DNA of 64,000 nt, from the NCBI GenBank assembly GCA_910592345.1, contig CAJVPI010000016.1, forward strand, positions 1 through 64,000. Direction: 5' to 3'. How positions within the stretch are numbered: the stretch's first letter is position 1; each line of letters starts with the position of its first letter. This DNA comes from Paraglomus brasilianum (Eukaryota). Shown here piece by piece: positions 23,483-37,546 of this stretch. Below the pieces are notes generated by a model, which was not told the origin of the DNA, made no database searches, and saw only the letters and a list, made by a program, of their open reading frames with translations. Both the position numbers and the translations under genes were made by a program.

Positions 23483-26206
23483 TTATGTTAGTTACCATAA
23501 TGAAGAAGTATTTATGTTATCATACAATTTCATGCATTTCATATGTTTATTTTTATACATAGTTAATACCTCCAGATTATAACAGTAGGATGAGAAATAA
23601 TATTAACGGAGTTATTGAAGTTTTCGGAAAAAATAAAATAAAGTAAAAACTTTATATGTTTTACTAATACAGCATCATGTCGCTGGCCAAGTTGTTAATT
23701 ATAGTAAAGATACTGTATGTCGTTAAAATCTAAATGTTATTGTTTGATTAAATGGCTTGTGGAACAAAATAATTTGGTATTTTTTGGATAGCTAATAAAG
23801 GTTACCAATTTTAAGATCAAAAAGTTGTGGAATATGATGACGAAAGGATGTGTTTAGTATTTGACGATTATGTAACAAGCTTGAAGATGGTCAATCGGCG
23901 AAATTAGCAAGAACAGCAAATGATAAATGACATAGTAATGTGGCGTTAAAGGCATTTGCATGCTTGCTGTGCTTCCGGATTCAGTTTCTTACGGTGTTTG
24001 TTTAGTATAGCCATAAGTCTTTGTGTTGATGATACACTCTCCTGAGATAAGTAACGGACCCCCCTTTTCTTTTAGTTTGTACAATAGAATCTGTAAAGTA
24101 AAACTAATATTTGATTGGCCATCTGTTATTGGCAATATACATTCTTCAATTCTACTTGCCATGCTCTTAACTAAATCCATATATTAATATGCAATTTTTG
24201 TAATTTTGGTTCATTCCTCCAGTAATAAGTAAAGCAGTTATTATTTTTTTGTAAATTTTTGAACTCTTTCGAGGCCGAAATTCCGACCGTGAATGTTCAA
24301 ATCTCGGATATGACGTAAAAATTCTGGGGTCCATCAGTGCATATTAATATAAAGAGATTAATTTACAAACTAGGCTTTAATAAACACAGTATGTCTATAT
24401 TTACTTAGAGACTTTCTCTGTGCAATTTTGGAATATCAATAACTCAGTCAGTCACCTTACGCGATCATGGAAATGATATATGCTGTAAGCACGACAACGC
24501 TCAAGGGAACCGAAAATTCATCCATAAAGTTCTTATCAATAAACAAGACATCTCTCGTTGCATGTGTTCAGCAGCAACATTATTATTCTTATTGTTACCC
24601 AAATCTCCATGTCCATGACTAGATGTTATGTAATGTATGTATCGACATATCATCGTCAACAACTTTACAATGTCTTTAATCAACTAGTGACTCTTAAATG
24701 ACATCTTCTTTGTTCCTTCGAAAGCTTTGTTTATATATTCAACCTTTAACGATCGCAATCATGTGATTAACTACAGCTTTCGGTTATGAACTAAACTTTT
24801 GCGGATTTATAATGGAACAGACATTCGCAATGATAATACATACAGTACTCTAGACGGAGCATATTTCTCTGCTTAAATATGTGACTGGGTTCTGTTCAAC
24901 ATTGTTAAGAGCTATCAATATACAAAGATCAGAGATGGCGAGTATTTGTAGCCTTTATAATAGACATCCTTTGCTTGTTCTCATCGCATGCATACCGCAT
25001 ATCCATACATGCACATGCTTGCTTAAACTCTTGTTGTCTCCTGTAAACTCCATACTGCATATGAACGGGCTTCATTTATCACGTGAGATATAGCCACGAG
25101 GCAGTAACAATGGCACACACGAAATCACTTAGTGGCGGCGAAATTTTTGGCACAAAAGTGCATATTAATATTGTTATTATTGTTGTTATTATCATTTGTT
25201 AATATTGTCCCTATTTTTATGTTAATTGTATAGTTTTCGTCATAAAGGCCTTTTTAATTCACGCGCATCGAATCCGTTGCTCAGGGACACTCACGATGCT
25301 CATTTTTGGGCTTTCAAAGGCGTTATTATTAATATATCAGTCGCCAAACGATATTTATCGTAAATATGTGGGCGCATGAAACATCTCCTGATCGTCTATC
25401 ATTTCAATCTTTTTTTCCCCCTATGATTACAAGCTTATCCAGTCTCATCCTCCAGTAAAAGCATTCTCTCCACCACAATTAGCTTTTTTAGTCTGTACGG
25501 CGAATGTGCAAATGCATGAGTCAGGTACCTCAATGACATATTTGATGTATGCATATATTGTGCAGCGAGGATGCCATAATCCTTATCGATACCTTTTTTC
25601 AAGAACCCTTTTACGATGGTTGATCAACATGATGCACATATCCAACGAAAATGTCGACTTGAACCTTTTGACCCTTGTCCAGCAAACTTTCATCTCAAAC
25701 AATCTTGGGAAATCCCTACCTTCTAAGGAAGTTTGTATCATTCACGCACGAGGCAAAAAAGAGTATCCTGCTTTACGCCCGTCCGCGATTGTCTCCTATC
25801 TAGCCCCTTTAAAAAACAGTTGTTGCCTTCCCTGGTCGTAAAGTTGCGATAGACTGGACACTTTTCACAGACGAACATACACCAAACAATAAGGAATTAC
25901 AACTGGATAAGCAAAATTTAAAAATAAACAAAGAATTTATTTGGAGAATAACAAATAGTTATCGAGACTTGCTTCCGGAGTGATTAGTTCCTTTCTCAAG
26001 AGGGACGCTTGGTGGTGTTCACATAAAGCGAGATAACGAAAAAGTCAAACTCAGTCGTCGTGAATAGGAGCACATAATATCGTGTAGCAAATTTATTGCA
26101 CTACAACACAAACACTCTGCACAAGAACACTTTTACCCGCATTACCTTCCCAGTTATAGACTTTATTCCCAAGTATTATTATAGACGAACACGCAAAATT
26201 CGAACA

Positions 26207-28358
26207 ATGGATTTCTATAGAAACATGGAAAGAGGGGACACTTCTCCACCAGTTAGCGTGCATTCTATTCCAGGAGTGTTGGCTATGAACGTTGGCAACG
26301 AATTAGATCCTCTTAGAGATCCTCAATGGGATGGTAAGCTTATGCTTAATGAATAAGCAAATACCTACAAATATATACTTATTCTTACATTGTTCTTCTT
26401 TTTGATGATGCTTCGGTTCTTGACTAATATTTATACAGAATAATAGTAACATTCCCATTTCAATTAACACTTCCCCTTCATTTTTTTTTCCTTCTTCATT
26501 ACTCTTTTTTTTCATCCTACTTTTCTGCTTCATACCTTCCCTGACCCTACCTAATCATCTTACAAACATAGCTGAATCACTAATCGCTGGTCGGTTCAGA
26601 GCCTATACGAGATCAAACCTTAGTGCCCCATCTCAAGAATATAATACTGATGCAGACGAAAGTACGCATCTGCTAGGGAAAAAGGTCCCATCACTAAAGA
26701 GGATGGTGTTAGAATGGACGAGTACCTCTTGGAGACGAGCATGGCTGTTGAATATTTTCCCCGTCGCAGTGGTAAGGATGTTCGAACGAATAGGATACAC
26801 ACGAAATGCGAATGCATAACTTGATAGAAAGAGAAACCGCGCTCGGTTTATCCTAACGCAATAACCTTTTACTTCACAACCGCCTTTTTTAACCTGCTCA
26901 AGTCAGCTCATTTTATTTTTCACCTTGCTCACTTATTTAAAGGTTATAATATGGGTTTCGGTTCCACTTCCAAACCGGCCCCCAGCAGATTCGCCCGAAT
27001 TTCAACACGAATCTTACTTTGCCTATTTCTTACGACAACTCATAACTTATTTCAACTCCTACGGCATACAAAATCCACCCGGCTCGTCGCACGAAATTAA
27101 CTTTTGGTTTTTTTTATTCTTCTATTTCGGGTTCTATAATGCAGTTGCATTACTCCTAATCACCAAAATATTCGACCTGTATTCTCTCAACTGGTGGCCA
27201 AAACAGCTAGGCGGAGTGCCTGCGTATACAATGTTCTGGCTTTTATCACTTGCGGTTGGAACTGCCGTGTATCTGTTCACAAATCTCGCTGTGTATAGTC
27301 TGACCTGGGTTTTGCTCACCTTTTTCACAATGTCGATGCCACTATTGGTTGCGTTCATCGTCATTCGATCCCAGAATAGGAACAGATATCGACATTCGTT
27401 GACAGCAGCTCAAAAGATATTCTTGGAAAGACAACTCCAATCTCGTATACCCGAATCATACTTTCGGTTTCTGTGGTTTTGTTGTGTGCTATTCATTGCC
27501 ATTTGCGCGTTGATTGCTGGTGAGGCATACGCTCAAGTGTTTCTCAGGTCATTGCCACATAATGGCTGGGAAGGTTTAGTTTACGTTTATTCTTGGGTCG
27601 CTACTATTTACATATTGGATACTGTTACGGATTGGATTATCGAGAATCGGATTAGATCATACCCTTTGTCATCGGTCTTCAAGTTATATTTCTTTATGAT
27701 CTATTTCATATTTTATCGTAATTTATTTGCGAGGTTGCGATCAGTTCGACAGTTTGCTGCTGTACAGTTAGCAAGTTCGTTATGGGTGTGCTTCTTTTAT
27801 CCATTATGTATGACCCATATTGTATATCGTACTTTGGTGTATTTTGCGGGGGTTACCAAATCTTACGAGCAATATCAAAAGCACCTTGGACGTTCATTCT
27901 TCATACGCAATCTCGCAGAGAATGCGACCATGTTGGGTTTTTTATGCTGGGTGGTCATACTTAATATGGGGCCCAACAAATGGGTGTATCCGTATTTTCA
28001 GTTCAAGGACGGGATGGAATACTCGTTTGATTTAACTGTGAAGGCTAGTTGGGCTGTGTGGGGGAGCGAGTTGGCAAGCAGTTTTGTTACGAGGAAGATA
28101 TTCAAGCATGCGTTTCAGCATGACGTGAGCAAAGAAGCAGCAAAAGATTTTCGTGAATATCCCACTATGGTCATTGCTATGGTGCTTGTCATTATTCATG
28201 TGTTACAGGTGAGAATGCATGATGGGAATGGAATGGATGATATTATGTTACATGTGAGGCGACATCACCTAACTATTCATTTTCTCATTCTTTCTTTGTA
28301 GGACATGTTGCTTGCAACATTGCATGTAATTTTCCAAGGTGGTCATTCATCCAAATAA
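26207..28358 (+). CDS. Multipass membrane protein of unknown function (~549 aa)
   Basis: Exons 26207-26333, 26572-26771, 26943-28208 and 28302-28358 join in frame. Many hydrophobic aromatic-rich segments. Family not recognised. Confidence 0.85.
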
Positions 28359-29103
28359 CAATCTACAATTCATTCACATATCACCATAACATGTTGACAC
28401 ATCAAAGAAACAATAACATTAGAAATAATATGGGTTGGGCGGTTTGGGTTCAATTGAATCGGGGGTTTTTGGATGGAATTTTGAGTAATATTTTTGATCA
28501 GTTAATATTGACGGGATTTTGTTGAGAACACCGTATTAGACACATGAGTGAGAATTGATATCCACCAAGACTACATTTAGAGGATCATTTGTTATGAATC
28601 ATTTTCCGGTTATATATATTATTAATCAAAAAATGACTCAAATTCGCCCCATTTCTTCTCATTTCCTCTTCGTTTGGAATTAGACAAAACGGAGCACCAT
28701 TTTTATTTATCCAACTCACTGCACTTCAAAAGAGTTGACCTTATTTTCTATAAGAAAAACGCGCTGGATTCCGCTTTTCAATTGTTTCACCATTATTATT
28801 CTGTACAGAGATGCATCTATGCATATTACAAATAGAGTGCTTTGTCAATAAAGTAACTAGTTGGTGTAGGTACAAGCAGAGAGTGAAAATTGAGCGGTTG
28901 GGCGGTCTACAAGTTCACGATAAAACAATGATAAGACACACCGTGTTTCTTCTTTTTTTTTTTTAATATTTATTCACGTGTTATAATATTACATTGCGAT
29001 TCTTTTCTTTAATGTATTTATTGCATTATGATAATATAGTGTCCAGATTCATTTACACGGTCGCTCTATAAATTATGAGATAAACAAAAACTGGTACAAT
29101 GGC

Positions 29104-32100
29104 TCAAACAGCAACTGTTGGTGCTTTTGTGCTCTCGATATCTCTTTGCCTTCGCACCAAGTAATTGAGCTTGTCCATTACCTACAATAAAAGGCGAATT
29201 AATAAATATAGGCCACATAACCAGATAAAATATCATTGTTCATCTTGCTGTTAATTAACTACACGATTACACACATCAAATCCCCATAACTTACCTCTCC
29301 CAACTTCCTCTTCCTCTCTTGTAACTCTAAATGCTTCCTGATATATGGATTCTCCTTGGCAAACTGCAATATTTGCTTTCTATCCAAATCGTAAACCAAC
29401 TTATTATCCACCTCCCTCGGGAACTGGAAGAAAAATTCGGTCAACAATTCTACTTGAATAAACATCACAGCCGTGTAAGTTAATTTCTCAGCAACCATGT
29501 TTAAGAATGCCTCTGGACAGTATTGTTTGTTCTCTGGTGATTTGCACTGACGAGACTTCAGAGCAGCAAGCCGGTATTTTAGAATTATCGCCCGGTCGCG
29601 GAGAAATATGGCCTCGTGTGCTTTCTCGATTAGTTTGGGTGAAACATGCAAGCGGACCGTATCGTTGGATTCAACAATGTTGTTTGCTGATATTAGCTGT
29701 GGGGACGTAACGGTGGACGCGCTAGGTAAAGCATCAGGGTGGTCATCGGAAGAATCATCTTTGAGTCGTGCTTGACGACGAACTTCTTCCTTCTCTGCAT
29801 CAAGAACATGTTTAATGGCAGCTCGAAGTTTACGCTGACCAACGGTGGTTTTGAGATGTTGCAGCGCCTTATTGCAATAATCAATTTCCTTCTCGATTAA
29901 GCTTATTGATCTTTTAACCCCTTCGGCCCATTCTTGCTCTGTACATTCAACTTCATACTTGTATGGCTTTACGCAATTTTCTACTTGGTCCGCAGTGGTA
30001 TGAAACTTATTCCTCAATATCTCGTTGGTGAAATTCAGTATTTTTCGACTTGTTTCCGGATGATTGTTCAATGGCTCCATGCTTGCCAGACGTTCCATAT
30101 TCGCTAGTAACACGTCGACTACTAACTGTGTACTTGTTCGACCGATACCGCTTTTTGTCAATGCAGCAGAACACATATCGAGCTTATATTGCCAGTATAG
30201 ATCATCGCGTGACGATTTGGCTAAATCGGTAATTCTTTTGTCGGTCCAATAGAGTTCGGCACAAAGATCTAAAACACGCTGTTCGAGCATTGTACGAACT
30301 TCGTGTCGCACTTGCGGTTTTCCAAAAGAATGTGCAAAGTCTTTGAAATTGTGTTTTATACTGTCGATGGTTTCGGCAACATACGATTCGGCAGTTATGC
30401 GTCTTTAAAGCCAAAGAGTTAAATGAGTATGTGAGATAATATTAACAGACAATTTTCTGATCAATCTTATTTCAACTGTGATGACTATCACTCTGTTCAA
30501 TAACCCCGTAATATGATCAACTCACAAATGTTAGTTCAAATAAAATGACAAACCTATCATTATACTGCACTTTAAATTGATACTTCGCCTCTTCCAATTC
30601 CGCTTGAACGGCGCCAACGATCGAGAACAATGACTTTGCCATGTTCTCTTCTAGAACTTCCATCAGCTTTCTTCTCAGCGTTCCGACACCAACTTGTATC
30701 CCTCTCTGACTATATACATAATTACTTCTAAAAAAACTCTCTTCGTGACGAACTAACGCGGAAGTAATGTTCTTTTGCACGTTAAGATTCTCGGGTGGCT
30801 TGCATACAACGCCGATATATCCGAGGTGAAGGGGATAATCACTATTACGAAGAATTGTTGCACCGACTTCCGGTTCTACCAAATCCATTTTTGTAATCAC
30901 TCCTATTGTTCGGAGACCCAACGGATCAACTTTGCGACTTGCTTTCAGTGCCTCAGAATTAGCCAAGTCTACATCAGCCGCGCAAACGGCTAAAATAATA
31001 TTTGGCTCTTTGATGTACTGTTCACATAGTTCAAAAATCTTCTCCTTCAGCGTCTCCGGTTGGTTCTTGTTATTCACTTGTATATATCCGGGTAAGTCAA
31101 TTAGAGTTAGATCAGGTACATTGGGAGAATAGATCCGAAGTTCAATTGGTTTGTTGGAGACGCATTCCGATTCGGGTACAGCAAGATTCATATCACGAAG
31201 CGTTTGTTGGATGTGTTTAAAGTCATGGATTTTGCCGAGGCCAAGTTGAGGAAATTCTCCGTATTCTTCTTTGGATTTTGGGGTGTGGATCAAAGTCAGC
31301 TCTATTGGACGGCGAGTCACCATATTTGAGCCCCTATTTAATTGAAGAGATTAAAGACGTCATATAAATTATGAGAAAACAAGACGTAACGATGTGATAG
31401 TGATAGGAAAAATAGTGCATAATAATTGACTAATCAACGACCATTCCCCAACGCAATATGATCACACATTTGTCTGCGGCTTTTCAGAATGCCTTCCGTC
31501 ATTACGTACTTGGGCAAGAACTCGTGACCAACAATGGCTTCCAGTACCGAAGTTTTCCCCGAACTTTGACTGCCTATAACCACAATACTAGGCAATCGTA
31601 GTGCCTCGTTATGGTCAATACTCATCAATATATTTCTCACTTCAATTAACTTCTTCGTCAAAATCATAAACTGGTCTTCCTGTACATTCGTTGTTACGTT
31701 CACTTTTGCCTCATTGTTATCCTCTTCTTCGTCTTTTTCACCAGAGACGAACAGGTTCGTTGCTGTTGCCACAGCAACGGCTGCTCCTACAGCCGGTGAA
31801 GAATTATTAGAATCTGAGTCATCATCCTTTTTAATGAAGCGTGGTCGGTCTGATTCGAGTGAATGTTGATTAGAGGATTTTGTAAAAAGGGATTTCAAGG
31901 TGGATGGGATGCCAACGTCGATTGTAGGAAGATCTAAGGCAATGCCTTGACCGAGTGAGGTTACAAAGTCTTTGGCGTCAATAAATATAGATGAGACCCA
32001 TTCATGTGACTTGCTGGCCATATCTTTTTTGAAATGGGAAGAAATTGATATTAAAAAAAAAAGGCTTTCATATGTTATTCATTATTCACACATATCTCGT

Positions 32101-32547
32101 CAATGCATGCCATTGTTGTCACTTGCACCCCCCTCACGACTTCCTTGTACCTTGTATTTTATAATTCGCATATCCGACACCTGCAACTCCAACCGTAACA
32201 CCAGCGACAGGTAATCTAAAGGCAGTCCATAATAGCTTTGGAACTGAAGAGAAACTCAAATGTCTCACTCCTCCAAGTTGGGTACCCTTCAAACCTAAAC
32301 CTATGTTCACATGCCCGAAACCACGAGTTCGAAAGGTAGAGGTAAATGGTGAACTTCCTCGTAGACTGTAAACATTGACAGAAGATCCGATCGGTTTGAA
32401 CGTTGCCTGCACGGTTGAATGTCGTCTGATCTGATGCAAGCGTATTATCGGCGAACGGATAGACCTGAAAGCTGGGGATCTGACCACTGCATCGGTGGCG
32501 AGTCTATAGCCAGTGAATGTGGGATGCTTTAGGATTTGGCCGACCAT
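29104..32547 (-). CDS. MGM1: Mitochondrial dynamin-like GTPase Mgm1/Msp1 (~958 aa)
   Basis: Exons 32547-32151, 32023-31510, 31333-30554, 30402-29295 and 29181-29104. Arg-rich presequence, two N-terminal hydrophobic segments, [35 protein letters not shown], and Mgm1-type LTKSGIGR and CPEAFL. Confidence 0.96.
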
Positions 32548-35500
32548 GAGATTGTGACTTTCTGACTAAAAGCCACGTTCAACTGGTAAATGCACCAAAG
32601 CGCCAATTTTTTTGTGTGACGTCGTTAGTATGGACATGACTTAAACGCATCTAGCAATAATAAACAATTACGGTTTATATATCGATACTGGTTTTTATAA
32701 TGATACAGTTTAAAGTTTCTATAATTTCATGATTTCGGGATGCTCATCTGCTTTCATCCGTAATTAGACGTGACCCGATGATAAATAAAAACGGAATGCC
32801 TTCTTTCAAATGTTTATAATACCGAATCTACTATTTATTAACTATTACGAGATGTGTCTATTGTCATGACTAACCCAATTTACTTTTTGAACTGCTAGCA
32901 GTTGGCGGAGAAGAAGATTACTATTGGAATTAGACAACGAAAAAGTGGACAATAAAGACGTTACTAAAGAGATGTCTTATCCGGATTAGAAAGCTAACTT
33001 CGGGCAATCCATCGAACCCAAGAGTATTGGCTTAATATTAATGACGACAGTAAAGTTCTCGATCATTTGTTCTAAATATAAAACATTGTCGCGCAATACG
33101 CGGAGAGTTCTTATAGTTCACAGCAGTATCTAATATTGAATAACGAAAACCGAAAGAACAACGGTTAACCGAAATTCACGCCGGCAGCAATTACAATAGA
33201 AAAAGAAATAACCACCCCACTTTAAGCCCGGTTAACCATTTATCCCTGGCGAGAAATATCCAGGCGATTAAAGAGACGTCAATATTAATAAAACAAGAAA
33301 ATAACCGGCTGGGAGATACAGTATATCTTTTGTTGCGCACACAAAGAATGCAGTTAAAGAGTTGAATAACAACCTAAATAAGGCTTGTTGATTTGATGGT
33401 CCGTTACTCAACTTGTTGCTGCTTTGCGACAAACCACTGTACTCTAATTATACATTTCTTTCAACAACATTGTCTAGATGAACTAATATCAATAACAATT
33501 CCACAAAAATTCCAGTTATTAATAACTTAGAAGTAGACAAACTTTTGAACAAAAGTAATCAGTTCTATATTAACATGCAATCAAAACCTTGATGAGGTAT
33601 AGTATTATGCATGTTATGGCCACACTGTGTCAAGTCATATGAATAGAGCATCAGGAATTGAGAGCTTAGGGTAATGCTTAATGTAATTGCTCCAGGTAAT
33701 TCAAGTATTGAGTTATGACTAGATTTTTAATTTTATTTATATTCTAAAAATATATTCTTAATATTATTCTCTGTCTAGCTTTTCGTACAGAGCTACGGGT
33801 AACGATTAAGAGTCTTGCAAGGAATGTCTCGCAATATATAGTATTTATTATTAATAATATTTTTCAGTGCAACGTAAGTAATAAGTGTGCCTTCGTCATG
33901 TGATAATGCATCAATTGATGCGGGGTTTATCACGTGGAGAATGCGACTACAAAAACAATTCGGACGTTCCATTTATGTCTACAGTTAACGTACCCGCCGT
34001 AAAAACTCATAAATTCAGTGTGCCCGACAGGATAGTGATAATCGTGCATGGGAGTTGATGCTTGATAGTTTGATACAATATTGGTTGCCGTCAACGTGGA
34101 CATCAACTGGTTTCGTATCCACAGCAAGCAAAATCGACTTATGTAATCGCAATTATTATTTATCTGTCATGAGATTGTGTCTGGGGAATGTACACAGAGT
34201 TTTCGCGTGACTGGAAACGTCATCACATAATATAAAAGAATGGAGTACCGACAAAACTAAACAGTACTCCTCATCTACAAAAGCCATTTAGCGCATATAA
34301 ATAAGATATTTTGTAGTAATAGCAATTGTAATAATGGCCCGAATATCCAATCGTTATACGTGAACACATGATGTCCAAAAAAGAGAGCAATAACTACAAA
34401 ACAAGGCACTCATTCCAAAATGTTTATGCATTGAAAAAAAAAGCTGCAGACGATGTTTACCTCAATGACATATTATCAGTCGTTGAACCAATTGTCTTCG
34501 CATTTCTTACGTGCTTTCCCTTTTCGAGAACGTTAGCAGCTAGCCGAATCACAATACCTCGCTTGTTAGAAAGCTAGTTTGTTCAAAGTAGTAATTAATC
34601 TGTTCCGAATATTAATATTAATATATAACAACAATAGTGGGATCCAATCTCGAGAACGTTCCCGTGAGAAAGCGTTGGGGAATGCTATGTAGTACAGTAA
34701 AAGCGGAGGAGAATGTGGTACTTGTATGTCTGAGAATATAATGAGTATTGATTCACATTGATGCTGATAAGCCACAACTAATCGTTCGTAATTTGGTTCT
34801 ATAGTCACGTGTCAACAACGTGGACATCGATAATCAATCTCCCACATCAAATTTATCTTTGTTTGCATGCCATCATGCATACAAACAGGTGTCTATTACT
34901 CTGAACGGGAGAGCATGTGTCGAAGATTGTATTTCTTAAGGTCATGTAAATTGGAACATCGACAATGCATTTGCGATTTAAAATCTATGTAATAAAGTGA
35001 ATTGTGTAATTTATGTGTATTATTATTCTTTGCAAAGCCCATACCACAAAATGCCGTTATCTCTTCACTCTCCCCCTTCCTGAACAATGGTCAGTATTTA
35101 CCGGCTTTGCTGTAGCAAAAACCAAACCGATAAGTATGTGGACAGTATTACTCACCATAAAACTTGGACTGTAACAAAACCATTCAGATAATACAGTTCT
35201 TTCACATAACATAAAATTAAGTAACGTTAAAATATCGGGATTATCTGGAGAATGCTAGGATCATCGGATATCAAGATATCTATCTGCATGTGAAAAAAAA
35301 AAAGTTCGTAACAATAACATCGCATATGACTATAAAGTCTAGATCCGATTATTTAGCCAGCTAACAGATATAGTAACATAATGTGGCCATGTCGTCTGAT
35401 CACAAATATTTAATAACGGTGGATGATGCCGCCGAGTAATCAAATCGATTTTTTATATAAATCAAGTCTGCGAGACCGAATAAGTCGAACGAGCCGATAG

Positions 35501-37546
35501 GTGCACGATTAATAAGCGCTTCTCGTTTGACATGGTTATATTAATTCGTTGCTATTTATATCATACTCTGTTTCATTTATCTCAATCCACTCCTTTCTGA
35601 CAGGAAATCGTGGGAATGCCGTCGGTATGATCAATTCGATAACAATGCTTGACTGTTCCATTGATGTAATGTTATTTCTACAAGTTAAAGTAATGGGACA
35701 AATGATGCACAAACAACAACGCACATAAACATCACGAAGAGATATCGTCAAAGGAATTGCCTTTGTCATCTCGATGACGATATCGACTTCCCCTAACTAA
35801 GCCTCTTGAAGTATATTTTAGAGGGTAATAGCAATAGCAACGATGTGCGAATGTTTGCTTCCGGCTTGCCTTTTGGCGATTCTAGCAGGTGGAACATTTT
35901 TTGTATCACACGTTGTACAACAAACCATAAGCTTTAGAGTTGAGAGAAGACGATGCTCTGTAAGAGACATGTGAAATATAATGATAGAAGAGAATACGAG
36001 ATTGTTGTTGCTAGAAATTAAAACTGCTTATTAGAAATACATTACTAAGGTATTCTCTTCGTTCTGTGAACTAGAATAGTGTCATACTAAATACGATTCA
36101 ATCTTCTATAAGATAATTACGGCGTATCCCTCTCGGGGCCTACTACGAAACAAACCCCCTTCGACTCCTGAGTAACGAACCCCTGTTATTATTGAGATTC
36201 GTCGTTTTCTTCGTACTCGTCAATAGATGCTCCCAGAATGCTACCGTTTCCCTGCGAGAGAAATACCACACTTGTCATATCTATTTAACTGTGGAATGTA
36301 TGATTGCATTGGTTATTTCAACACCTCTACAAATTATCTCCAGTCATTATAAAACATGATTGTAAAACGTTTGTAGATAAGGAAAAAAAAGATTTTCCCC
36401 CCAGATATCGATCGTACAACGCCTTCTTATTGCATGATCTGCGGGTGATTACATACAATTGAGACTTTTGGCTTGCAAAAAGTAAGCGTCACAAAACGAG
36501 TTAAAAAGTTATATTTTACGCTTGCATAAAAATACAGGTTCAGACTTTTGACAGTATGAATGTATATGGAAATATTACTGCGGAGATACACATATGATTG
36601 CGGGGTATGGACAAACTGGTTGAATACTTGTTGGATACTGGATTTCGTGCTAGTTATTTTCTGGATATGTCAATTTGATGGACAGCAAATTGAAATAGGG
36701 AAGCACAAATCAATAAATAGTAATTAGGTTTATCAAATTGGGATTCGTCCAATGTGTGATTGGATAATAAATATACAATATATAAAAAAAATTTTAATAT
36801 TAGATTTCATTATAATTGTGTAACGACGGTATTTTTACTTGCAGCCAGTCACAAGATTCCTTTCTATTTATTTACCTGAATACCGATTCGATATACTTAA
36901 AAAAATTTTCTTTTCGCATTGGTATTCCCTTGCAACCCAGTACATTTTATTTCAGCCGTGGCATTGCTCCACCCATACTTGCTATGTTATCGCACTCCCG
37001 TCTGTCTTTGATCTCGCCACTTTTCCCTGTCTGGACCCCTGTATTCAAGAAATTTGTCACCGATTCACCGACGATTTGGAATGACGATCAATATGCAAGT
37101 CACTGCATACAGTAAAGTGTCGACAAGCGTCACGTATTCCATTCACAAATTTGGCCACCACCCAAACCACGTTTCACATTCGCAATTTCCCGATCAGGCA
37201 TTCGAAAACGCGGATATTTGGCAGGAGAATGCAATTGTATGTGTCGTGCTATAATGCAAGATATAAAGTTATACGCTATATACACTGCCATAATCTGTGA
37301 ATTGATATTAATTTGTGCTGCTGCGCCCTTCCTTAGGGTTTATATATACCCCATTCTCCCGTCAGACTGTACCGTCATCACAAAAAGCAAAAAGCATCAA
37401 GGAGAAAAAAGAACCATTCAACATCTAACAGACCATTTTCAATTAGCAAAAATCTTCGCTCACGTTCCCTTTGTCCTTCGATAATATTATGCATACTGCC
37501 TAACTGAATAATTCACGAGCAATACATTTCATTGTAAACATATACC

